Positions 30,135 to 37,824 are shown, numbered from the stretch's first letter. The stretch is 43,070 bases of DNA from Nitrosopumilales archaeon UBA218 (GCA_002499525.1 DAMC01000041.1:11862-54931), one strand, 5' to 3'. The notes: generated from the letters alone by a model not told the origin. Program-made: numbers and translations.

Positions 30135-30608
30135 ATGTTTGAAAAATTTAAGAAGGCGGAAGAAGCCCTACAGGATGCAGGTATGTTAGAACAAGAAAAG
30201 CCCAAAATTGAAGCGGAACGCATAGCGGAACAGGTCAGTTCTGGTTCTGAGATAGGCATTGCAGACTTGATGAACAAGCGGGCTAAACTTGAGGAGGCGC
30301 TTGATTTCGTTGGATTGATGATAAAGAATCTCAAAGACAAAAGAACCAGACTAGTCAAAGAGATTGAGGATGAGTCTGTTGATATCCAGAACTTGAAGGA
30401 TAAATTGACCAAAGTCAGTGATTATATCGAGGAGGAAGGTAGAGGAATAAGAGACCTCTCAAACAAGCGGGCTTTAGTTGAAAAACAAGCGGATGAGGTT
30501 GGAGCCCTGATTGGCAACCTTAGAAGCAAACTTGCCAGTATTGACAGTGTAGTAGATGGCGAGGAGAACAAGGTCAAATCCATTAAGGAATCAAGGCAAA
30601 AAATATAG
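30135..30608 (+). CDS. Coiled-coil hypothetical protein
   Basis: Heptad-rich, E/K/L-rich 157-aa ORF; contains repeat copy 2. Confidence 0.85.
   Translation: MFEKFKKAEEALQDAGMLEQEKPKIEAERIAEQVSSGSEIGIADLMNKRAKLEEALDFVGLMIKNLKDKRTRLVKEIEDESVDIQNLKDKLTKVSDYIEEEGRGIRDLSNKRALVEKQADEVGALIGNLRSKLASIDSVVDGEENKVKSIKESRQKI
30212..30234 (+). repeat. Direct repeat copy 2 (intragenic; encodes AERIAEQ)
   Basis: AGCGGAACGCATAGCGGAACAGG is an exact match to the core of copies 1 and 3. Confidence 0.95.
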
Positions 30609-30613
30609 TCATT

Positions 30614-30640
30614 TCATAGCGGAACGCATAGCGGAACAGG
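30614..30640 (+). repeat. Direct repeat copy 3
   Basis: 27-bp exact match to copy 1, starting 6 nt after the coiled-coil gene stop, between convergent genes. Confidence 0.95.
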
Positions 30641-30671
30641 TTTTAAGATAATAAAATAGGAAATAGATACT

Positions 30672-31313
30672 TTAGAGGTATCTTGTCGAAGTCGCTGATT
30701 TAGTGCTTACAGGTGTTGATGGAAATTTGTCTCCAACAGACGCCTCAGCCACTGCAGCAGCTTCTTCTAGAATCCTATCGGATTCTTCGTTAGTGCTTTG
30801 GTCCATGCCAAATGCTCCCTCGCCTGAGAAGGATTCTGCCATTAGTCCATTTAGCATCTCTGTCATCATGCCTAATTCATGATCTGCTTCAGGCATAAAT
30901 TTGCCTAATGAAGATTTGAGACTTCTCATTAAGCCGATTGTTGGTGCTATTGTGACTACTGTGTCTCCTAGGTCATGGAATGTTGTTAATCTTAGTTCGA
31001 TTTGTTCTAGTGCCATTCTGCAATTACCTAGCATTTTTGAGACCTTACGGACCTCGGCTAGTTCATTTGCTAAAACTTTGCTAGTCTGAGTATCGTGTTT
31101 TTGGGTTGCTTGCACTATTCTTTGGAATAGATTTTGTTCTCGTTGCTTTAGTTTGGTCAGCATTCCGTCAAGTTTTGAGATTTGGTTTTGTAGGCTTCTT
31201 GTTGCCTGCTCAATTCTTGGCTTTAATGCGCCTTTAGGCTTGAGTGCTTCGCCCAATTTTTCAGAAATACTCGGTGTTGTTGGTTTGGACCAAGAGTTCT
31301 GGAAGTTTGTCAT
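30672..31313 (-). CDS. cdvB: ESCRT-III / Snf7 family protein (short CdvB paralogue)
   Basis: LANELAEVRK...ALEQIELRLTTFHDLGD, EESDRILEEA and FPSTP. Start set at ATG 31313 by alignment with the paralogue at 6031-6681. Confidence 0.9.
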   Translation of the reverse strand: MTNFQNSWSKPTTPSISEKLGEALKPKGALKPRIEQATRSLQNQISKLDGMLTKLKQREQNLFQRIVQATQKHDTQTSKVLANELAEVRKVSKMLGNCRMALEQIELRLTTFHDLGDTVVTIAPTIGLMRSLKSSLGKFMPEADHELGMMTEMLNGLMAESFSGEGAFGMDQSTNEESDRILEEAAAVAEASVGDKFPSTPVSTKSATSTRYL

Positions 31314-31440
31314 GGTAAATTTTATGTAATTCATTGAAATTGCAAGGTGTGAAATCTATTTTACTAAAAGATCTAATGGGTAACTTTGTATTTCACAGCC
31401 AAGGCTGGGATATTATAAAATAAAAAACAATTCGCCTAGT

Positions 31441-31539
31441 TTATTGGGCTAGAATGCTTTGTGGGTGCATCTTCTTTATGTGCGAGTGCACTCCATGAGA
31501 TGATGTGACTGCTTCGCCACATAATGGACATGTTTCCAT
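31441..31539 (-). CDS. 32-aa C2H2 zinc-finger microprotein
   Basis: Below the ORF-track cutoff. METCPLCGEAVTSSHGVHSHIKKMHPQSILAQ has C-x2-C-x12-H-x4-H spacing. Confidence 0.65.
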   Translation of the reverse strand: METCPLCGEAVTSSHGVHSHIKKMHPQSILAQ

Positions 31540-31830
31540 TTTTATAGTAGTCCGTTCTATAAATACTATTTAAGTTTTATGCTTTTAGGATTTTAGGATC
31601 GAAAGATGCTAAATTTTGATTAATTTTTCTGGAGTTTGTATTACCAAAGTTGAAAAATATTTTTCAAAAAATCGAACCGCTGATTTCATATTTGAAAAAA
31701 TATTTTTATTCTGTGCAATTTAAAATTGAAATGAAAAATTGGAAATAATTACTGGTTAAGATATAATTTCGAGCGATCATGTTGAAAAATGAATTCAAAT
31801 CTGTTTTTCATAGATAAATCTTGTGTAATA

Positions 31831-31838
31831 TTTATATA
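31831..31838 (+). promoter_or_regulatory. TATA box of tfb (probably a leaderless transcript)
   Basis: TTTATATA ends about 25 nt before ATG 31864. Confidence 0.55.
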
Positions 31839-31863
31839 GAGAATCTCGAGAAAATTCTTACTT

Positions 31864-32775
31864 ATGACACAAACAGCACGAAATAGTGATCGCTGTCCTC
31901 GTTGCGCAAAAGGTGCAATGTTAACAGACGGTAGCACTGGTGAGATGTTTTGTAACACGTGTGGATTTGTTGCAACAGAACGAGTGGAAGAGGAAGGTCC
32001 AGAGTGGCGTTCTTTCTCAAAAGAAGAGGGAGAGAATCGAACTCGAACTGGTACACCGACTTCACTTGCAATGCATGATATGGGTCTAGCAACAATTATC
32101 GGTCAAGCCGATAAAGACGCATCTGGAAAACCACTGACATCTTCTATGAAGAGCACTATTGAGAGGCTCAGAACTTGGGACTCACGAAGTCAGGTTCATG
32201 AACCAGTAGATAGAAACTTCAGGCAGGCATTTTCGGAGCTCGATAGACTAAAGGACAAGTTAGCACTTTCGGATGCAGTAATAGAAAAAACTGCATACAT
32301 TTACAGAAAGGCTCTCGATAAAGGGCTTGTTCGCGGTCGATCTATTCCAGGGTTGGTCGCTGCTGCACTATATGCCGCATGTAGGAACACTGAAACTCCG
32401 AGAACCTTAACTGACGTGGCAAATGGAATCAATATCAAGCGAAAAGACGTAGCTAGATGCTATAGATTGCTTCTACGAGAACTGGATCTTAAAATGCCAG
32501 TAGTTGATCCAATCAAAGGCGTTGCAAGAATAGCAAGTATTGCGGACTTGTCTGAAAAGACTAAGAGAAAAGCACTTGAATTCTTGAAGGAAGCAAGTAG
32601 AATTGAGGTCTCGGCTGGAAAGGACCCAATGGGTTTAGCTGCTGCAGCATTGTATTTGGCATGTGTGATGCTGGGTGAGAACAAGACTCAAAAAGATATT
32701 GCACAAGCTGCGGGCGTTACAGAAGTCACCATACGAAACAGGTACAAAGGTCTCAAAGAGGCATTAAAGCTCTAA
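31864..32775 (+). CDS. tfb: Transcription initiation factor B
   Basis: Zn ribbon CPRC...CNTCG, B-reader GPEWRSF, and cyclin repeats RGRS...ALYAACR and GKDPMGLAAAALY...VTEVTIRNRYK. Confidence 0.97.
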   Translation: MTQTARNSDRCPRCAKGAMLTDGSTGEMFCNTCGFVATERVEEEGPEWRSFSKEEGENRTRTGTPTSLAMHDMGLATIIGQADKDASGKPLTSSMKSTIERLRTWDSRSQVHEPVDRNFRQAFSELDRLKDKLALSDAVIEKTAYIYRKALDKGLVRGRSIPGLVAAALYAACRNTETPRTLTDVANGINIKRKDVARCYRLLLRELDLKMPVVDPIKGVARIASIADLSEKTKRKALEFLKEASRIEVSAGKDPMGLAAAALYLACVMLGENKTQKDIAQAAGVTEVTIRNRYKGLKEALKL

Positions 32776-32777
32776 AA

Positions 32778-32799
32778 CCTTTCTTTTTGTTGTTTTTTA
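32778..32799 (+). terminator. T-rich archaeal terminator after tfb
   Basis: Oligo-T tracts (CCTTTCTTTTTGTTGTTTTTT) directly after the stop codon. Confidence 0.45.
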
Positions 32800-32834
32800 C
32801 AAATTTTAATAGTTATTCATAAAGAATAGTTTTT

Positions 32835-33269
32835 GTGAAAAAGAAAAATATTGTTATTCTCATTTTCATTGGAGTTATAGTTTCAATTGTTTTTGGATTA
32901 ATTTTGTTAAGTCCATCAGAGAATACTGGACGTGATCAGATTTACCATGCAAGAATTGCCGAGGCAAAACAATACAAAAATGGAATTTTTTCTGATTCAT
33001 TTCCAATCAAAAAAGGAACTTATGAAATTAGATTCGTCCTAAATGGAGATAGTCCAGAAAAATTATCCGTCACAATGAAAGGATCAACCTTTTCATTCTC
33101 AGAGAATTATAGGTTGGATGGAACCATACATGGAGAATTTGGAAAATATTACACATGGAAATATTTGGGATCGAGTAAAATCGATATTCCACAGGATCAA
33201 GAATTGAAAATATCTATGGATCCACATGGAAGTTTGGAAGGGCCATTTTCAATTTACATAATAAGATAA
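32835..33269 (+). CDS. Hypothetical N-terminally membrane-anchored protein
   Basis: KKKN followed by a long hydrophobic helix, then a beta-rich domain. Confidence 0.75.
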   Translation: MKKKNIVILIFIGVIVSIVFGLILLSPSENTGRDQIYHARIAEAKQYKNGIFSDSFPIKKGTYEIRFVLNGDSPEKLSVTMKGSTFSFSENYRLDGTIHGEFGKYYTWKYLGSSKIDIPQDQELKISMDPHGSLEGPFSIYIIR

Positions 33270-33271
33270 TT

Positions 33272-33370
33272 CGGCGTGACCCGCAAGCGTAGAACCATGA
33301 GAGAACACCTCTCTAATCCATAGCGCCATGCGCATTTGAGACACAAATCAGTTCTACTGGGTCACGCGCC
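33272..33370 (-). ncRNA. Candidate multi-branched structured RNA
   Basis: Nested inverted repeats GCGTGACCC/GGGTCACGC and GTAGAAC/GTTCTAC enclose three small hairpins. G-U extensions favour the minus strand. Confidence 0.5.
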
Positions 33371-33530
33371 AGTTAGTCGATAGGATTTATGTCCTTTCGC
33401 ATTATTTATTATAGGAATTTATAATATTTAATGTTTAGTACAAAATTTCATATGAATTTACTAAAAAAATTGGAAAAATTATAAAGATACTTTTCAAACA
33501 CCAATATAACAAAAAATAATAAAAAAAGAA

Positions 33531-34274
33531 GTGAAACTGGCAGGAAAAGTTGCATTAGTAACTGGTGGAAGTAGGGGAATTGGAAAAGCGATTGCAAAAG
33601 AATTTGCCGCTAATGGAGCAAGTGTAGCAATTTCTGGAACTAATAGAAGAAATCTTGATGAAGCGGAAAAAGAGATCGGTTTATTCACAATACAGGCAGA
33701 TATGAGAAAGGAATCAGAGGTTCAGAATCTGATATGCAAGACAGTAGAAAAATTTGGTCACCTTGATATTTTAGTAAACAATGCAGGGGTTTTCCCAAAA
33801 ATCAAACTATTACATGAGATATCCGATTCTGAATGGCGTGACGTATTAGACGTAAATCTGACAGGTCCATTCTATGCCACGAAATATTCAATTCCTTATT
33901 TACAAAAAAATGGCGGAGTAATTATTAACATTGCATCATCCGCAGGGTTGAAAGCGTATGAAAATTTCAATGCTGATGCTTATTCAGCGTCAAAGGCTGC
34001 TCTAGTTTTGCTCACAAAATGTTGGGCATTGGAATATGCAAAGAGTAAGATTCGTGTCAACTGTATTTGTCCAGGAGTGGTTGAGACAGATATGACAGCC
34101 GAGTTTTTGTCCAGCCCCGCAATGCGAGATATGATGAATTTTGCTTATCCAATTGGTAGATTTGGTACAGTAGAAGATGTGGCAAAGGCTGCCCTTTATT
34201 TTGCATCGGAACATGACTCTTCATGGGTTACAGGAGCTGTTTTACCACTTGATGGTGGAGAATCTCTAAAGTAA
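33531..34274 (+). CDS. Short-chain dehydrogenase/reductase (FabG-like)
   Basis: TGGSRGIG, VNNAG, YSASK, IRVNCICPG and DGG. Confidence 0.93.
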   Translation: MKLAGKVALVTGGSRGIGKAIAKEFAANGASVAISGTNRRNLDEAEKEIGLFTIQADMRKESEVQNLICKTVEKFGHLDILVNNAGVFPKIKLLHEISDSEWRDVLDVNLTGPFYATKYSIPYLQKNGGVIINIASSAGLKAYENFNADAYSASKAALVLLTKCWALEYAKSKIRVNCICPGVVETDMTAEFLSSPAMRDMMNFAYPIGRFGTVEDVAKAALYFASEHDSSWVTGAVLPLDGGESLK

Positions 34275-34309
34275 ATCAATTTAATACCTGAGAACCCATT
34301 AAAGACACG

Positions 34310-34519
34310 ATGGAACCACTGAAAAAAAAGAGGGTCAAAACATTGATTTTGCTTGCAATAATCTGGTTTGCCATATCGATTCCTCTACCGTTTTTGTTTA
34401 ATGTACCTAAAGAGTCCACACCACAGCTTTTGACGTTAGTTCAGATTATGGGTGTAATTTCAGTTCCGTTTGTAGTTCTAGGAATTGCTTGGACTCTCAA
34501 ACCAGAATTGACACAGTAA
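34310..34519 (+). CDS. Small 2-TM membrane protein
   Basis: 69 aa with two hydrophobic helices; 1 nt upstream of cysQ. Confidence 0.7.
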   Translation: MEPLKKKRVKTLILLAIIWFAISIPLPFLFNVPKESTPQLLTLVQIMGVISVPFVVLGIAWTLKPELTQ

Positions 34520-34520
34520 T

Positions 34521-35333
34521 ATGGCAGAGAGTTTACCGTTTTTAGATCCAATTTCTGAAGCATATTTTGCAATTGATGCTGTGAAAAAGGCAAGTGACGC
34601 CGTAATGCGAGTTTACCGTGAGGATTTTTCTTCGTCTTTAAAAGAAGACGATTCTCCTATCACCAAAGCTGATTTGGAGAGTAATGAGATCATAAAGCAA
34701 ACCTTAGCATCATCAGGATTGCATATTTTATCAGAGGAAGACGATGATCAAATTATCCGGATTAATCAGGAAAAAATTTGGATTGTTGATCCGCTTGACG
34801 GTACCAGTGATTTTGTGAAAAGAACTGGAGAGTTCACCATAATGATAGGACTGGTGCAAAAACAGATCCCGATTTTAGGTGTAATAAGTAGGCCTACAAC
34901 GAACACTTTGTACGTAGCACAAAGAAATTCAGGTGCTTTCAAATTGGAGAGTGGGCGATGGTTTAAGCTAAAAGTAAGTGAAGAAAAAGACATAACGCAA
35001 TGTAAGGCTGTCGGAAGTAGGTTCCATTTATCAGAACAAGAAAAGGAGTTTTTCAAAAAGCTCGGAGTGGCTAAATTTGAGAGTCGGGGGAGTTCACTAA
35101 AAGTTGCAGAGATCTGTGAAGGTATGGCTGATCTGTATTTGACTACATCGAATAAGATAAAACAGTGGGATACTTGTGCGTCACACTGTCTGATAACAGA
35201 ATCTGGAGGAAAGATTAGCGATATGTTGGGAAATCCCATACTTTACAATACTGAAAAGTTAAATCATGAAAATGGATTGATTGTTACTAATGGACTTGTC
35301 CATGAAGAAATTATAAGAAAATATAGTCTTTAA
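34521..35333 (+). CDS. cysQ: 3'(2'),5'-bisphosphate nucleotidase (CysQ/IMPase family)
   Basis: DSPITKAD, LSEE, WIVDPLDGT, GEFTIMI, GSRFH, GSSLK and WDTCA; convergent with cysC. Confidence 0.88.
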   Translation: MAESLPFLDPISEAYFAIDAVKKASDAVMRVYREDFSSSLKEDDSPITKADLESNEIIKQTLASSGLHILSEEDDDQIIRINQEKIWIVDPLDGTSDFVKRTGEFTIMIGLVQKQIPILGVISRPTTNTLYVAQRNSGAFKLESGRWFKLKVSEEKDITQCKAVGSRFHLSEQEKEFFKKLGVAKFESRGSSLKVAEICEGMADLYLTTSNKIKQWDTCASHCLITESGGKISDMLGNPILYNTEKLNHENGLIVTNGLVHEEIIRKYSL

Positions 35334-35842
35334 GCAACATTTTTGGAGTTTAGGAAATTCACAAGTTTTTGTACTGATTGGTCAAGTGTTTCTTTATCTG
35401 TTTCGACTACGAAATCAGGATTAGTTGGAATATCGTATGGATCTGAAACGCCGGTGAATTGTTTTATCTCATTTGTTCGTGCTTTTTTGTACATGCCTTT
35501 GACATCTCTGGTTTCACATTCTTCAAGAGAACATTTTACATAAACTTCAAAGAATTTTGAATCATCTCCTACAATTTTTCGTGCATCTGCTCTATTCTCA
35601 AAGAAAGGACTGACAAGTGACACCCCAACTGGAACATTATGTTTCAATAGAAGTTTTGCTAAATGAGCCACCTTTTTGTTGTGTTCAACTCGGCCTTCCT
35701 TAGAAAAGTCTTTTGGAGATAACCATTCTCTTAGCTCGTCCCCGTCTAAAATAGCTAAATTTGGTACGATTTTTTGCATCGCCCTAACAATAGTGGTTTT
35801 TCCAGAACATGGAAGACCGGTCATCCATACAACAAATGCCAT
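35330..35842 (-). CDS. cysC: Adenylyl-sulfate kinase
   Basis: WMTGLPCSGKTTI, LDGD, VSP, RDVKGMY and FTGVSDPY. Confidence 0.95.
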   Translation of the reverse strand: MAFVVWMTGLPCSGKTTIVRAMQKIVPNLAILDGDELREWLSPKDFSKEGRVEHNKKVAHLAKLLLKHNVPVGVSLVSPFFENRADARKIVGDDSKFFEVYVKCSLEECETRDVKGMYKKARTNEIKQFTGVSDPYDIPTNPDFVVETDKETLDQSVQKLVNFLNSKNVA

Positions 35843-35878
35843 TTTCAGTTTGTATCTAAGATATAGATCTTAAAGACT

Positions 35879-36421
35879 TTACGAAATAAACCAATTTTGT
35901 TTTTCAAGGTATTCTATTTGTTGAATAATCGTTTGCATTTTTGTCGAAACTGCCATGGTGGATTGAAATTGTTCATACATTTCTTGTTCTTCTTCTTTTG
36001 AGAGAATTTCGGATTCTGCTTTATTGAAGAAATCTTCTTCATTTTTTACATGATCTGATAAATATATGAAATACGTTCTGAGATATCTTGCAACTGGTTC
36101 TCGTGAATCTTTTCCGTCTTTCCATTCTTGAAGAAATTTGTTAATATTTTTAGCAATTCTGCGAGAAAACTCATGTTCTATCATAAATTTTCTTATTTCA
36201 TCCTTGAGTGAATCATAACTAGCAACACAGGCAAAATACGAATCTTCTTCTCTAGAATAATGAATAGAATCCAAAAACTCCGTAATAATAAAATTAATTT
36301 TTTCAATATCAGAAAGAGGAATATCTTTATCTTCATAGAGTGACTGATAGCATTTTTCAATTATTTTTTCTAATCTTTTAATTTTAAGATGGTCTTGTCG
36401 AAGAAGTTCTGTGGCGCTCAT
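35879..36421 (-). CDS. Hemerythrin/HHE domain protein
   Basis: LRQDH, HYSREE..YF, EH and HVKNEE..F metal-ligand pattern. The ORF-track start at 36427 (GTG) is an alternative. Confidence 0.85.
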   Translation of the reverse strand: MSATELLRQDHLKIKRLEKIIEKCYQSLYEDKDIPLSDIEKINFIITEFLDSIHYSREEDSYFACVASYDSLKDEIRKFMIEHEFSRRIAKNINKFLQEWKDGKDSREPVARYLRTYFIYLSDHVKNEEDFFNKAESEILSKEEEQEMYEQFQSTMAVSTKMQTIIQQIEYLEKQNWFIS

Positions 36422-36423
36422 AT

Positions 36424-37068
36424 TCACAATATGAAATTGGAATTAGCCCCATCAAATGTGATTGTTATTCCGGATAGATACTTGACATTATTTTCAACTA
36501 TACCTTTGATGAAATCGCCTATTTCTCTAGGTTCTCCAAGTCTTTTCATTGGGATATTTTTTACTAAATCGGTGGACGTTCCTAGTTCTCTTAATCTATC
36601 AGTGTTTATCAATCCAGGAGCGATATTGATGCAACTGATTTGTCTTGCGGCAAGTTCCTTGCTAACAAGTTTGAAAACAGAAGTAAATGCAAGTCTATAT
36701 GCACTAGAAATAACAAGTTTAGGGTTTGGCTCTTTGATTACTCCCGATGTGATTACAAAAACATAACCCCCATCACTGATCTTTAATCTTTGAAGTATGA
36801 TGCAAAATCCTAAGAATAGTTGATTGTGATATTTTTGCCATTCCTTTTCAGTCACTTGCGAAAATGGTTTTGGTGGTGGACCTCCTGTGTTTAGAATCAA
36901 AATATCCGTTTGCTTATGTTTTTTAACAAATTTTTTGACACTTGTAAGATTAGATGTATCTATTTGTTTTCTGGAGGTGGCAACAACATTACATCCTATT
37001 TTACTAAGAGAGACGGCTATCGCACGACCAATACCTTTTGAACCTCCAAGTACGATAGCTTTCAACAA
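36424..37068 (-). CDS. Atypical short-chain dehydrogenase/reductase
   Basis: GGSKGIG, LNTGGP, NIAPG and IPMKRLG; catalytic YxxxK replaced by SxxxR. Confidence 0.85.
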   Translation of the reverse strand: MLKAIVLGGSKGIGRAIAVSLSKIGCNVVATSRKQIDTSNLTSVKKFVKKHKQTDILILNTGGPPPKPFSQVTEKEWQKYHNQLFLGFCIILQRLKISDGGYVFVITSGVIKEPNPKLVISSAYRLAFTSVFKLVSKELAARQISCINIAPGLINTDRLRELGTSTDLVKNIPMKRLGEPREIGDFIKGIVENNVKYLSGITITFDGANSNFIL

Positions 37069-37140
37069 TGTTGTTACAACGATAATTGATTTTAATCTAA
37101 TGTTATTTTAGTTCAGAAATAGCTAAATTCGTGGTGTCAG

Positions 37141-37293
37141 TTAGTTGGCTATGTTAATACCATTTTCTTTTGCTTCTTGTTTAATCTCTACTATCTGATT
37201 GTTAAGCTCTTCAATTTCAGCTACCAGTTCTGCTCTTCTATCAACTAGTGTCTTGAGCATTGCGCTGTAGAGATTAGTTAGTGTTTGACTCAT
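37141..37293 (-). CDS. 50-aa coiled-coil microprotein
   Basis: Below the ORF-track cutoff. MSQTLTNLYSAMLKTLVDRRAELVAEIEELNNQIVEIKQEAKENGINIAN shows a clean heptad pattern; TTTAAG lies about 30 nt upstream. Confidence 0.6.
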   Translation of the reverse strand: MSQTLTNLYSAMLKTLVDRRAELVAEIEELNNQIVEIKQEAKENGINIAN

Positions 37294-37487
37294 TTTGTAT
37301 TGAATACACTTGATTGAAGTGCTCTTAAATCCTTACTAATAATTTGTACTAGTGTATTGGTCAACATTCTGTTCACTGGATCAGGAAAAATTGGTTTGAG
37401 TTTGAGGGATGATTGGAATTAATACCAAAATTGGAGTTCAGTTAACAATCATAGTATCAAATGAGCGTAATTCTGGCCGTGTGTTGA

Positions 37488-37598
37488 TTATGCGGAAATG
37501 TAGTTTAGGCATCTACAGCCTTTGACAAGGCACTTACCACCATTGTCATGAAGCTTTGATTCATGAAAACACCCAGCTTGGAGGTTTTTGCAATTCAT
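37488..37598 (-). CDS. 36-aa Cys/His-rich microprotein
   Basis: MNCKNLQAGCFHESKLHDNGGKCLVKGCRCLNYISA: C-x6-C-x-H-x4-H-x5-C-x4-C-x-C. Confidence 0.5.
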   Translation of the reverse strand: MNCKNLQAGCFHESKLHDNGGKCLVKGCRCLNYISA

Positions 37599-37634
37599 AT
37601 TCGTATTAGGTATTACCAGTATATCGATTTGCTG

Positions 37635-37757
37635 TCATGCTACAGCAATACGAATTTTACGTGATTGGTGTTTACAAATGTCTTGATGCATGGCTGCTAA
37701 TGATTCCTCCTTGAATGTTAGATCGCATCTATAACATTTCCAAGCTGTTGTCGTCAT
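37635..37757 (-). CDS. 40-aa C2H2-like zinc-finger microprotein
   Basis: MTTTAWKCYRCDLTFKEESLAAMHQDICKHQSRKIRIAVA: aromatic-x-C-x2-C-x3-F-x8-H-x5-H; TTAAATA lies about 25 nt upstream. Confidence 0.65.
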   Translation of the reverse strand: MTTTAWKCYRCDLTFKEESLAAMHQDICKHQSRKIRIAVA

Positions 37758-37824
37758 AGTAGATAAAATGAGAATTTTGTATTTAACGCGAGCGTAGAAA
37801 TTGTATGAATAATTTGTACTTTGA

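Noticed and set aside
29949-30640. CRISPR array interpretation of the three repeats
   Set aside because: The spacers are about 240 and 380 bp and unequal, one copy is in frame in a CDS, and there are no cas genes in the window.
31540-31860. AT-rich stretch as a replication origin
   Set aside because: No cdc6/orc1 gene and no clear ORB repeats with G-strings; better explained as divergent promoter DNA.
33373-33402. 9-codon ORF MRKDINPID on the minus strand upstream of the structured element
   Set aside because: Too short to support, with no informative composition.
34766-35239. Longer antisense ORFs (for example 34766-35239, 36389-36766, 21172-21540, 28608-28961)
   Set aside because: They lie almost entirely opposite well-supported genes, have no motifs, and show the Ser/Phe/Ile-rich composition typical of antisense frames.
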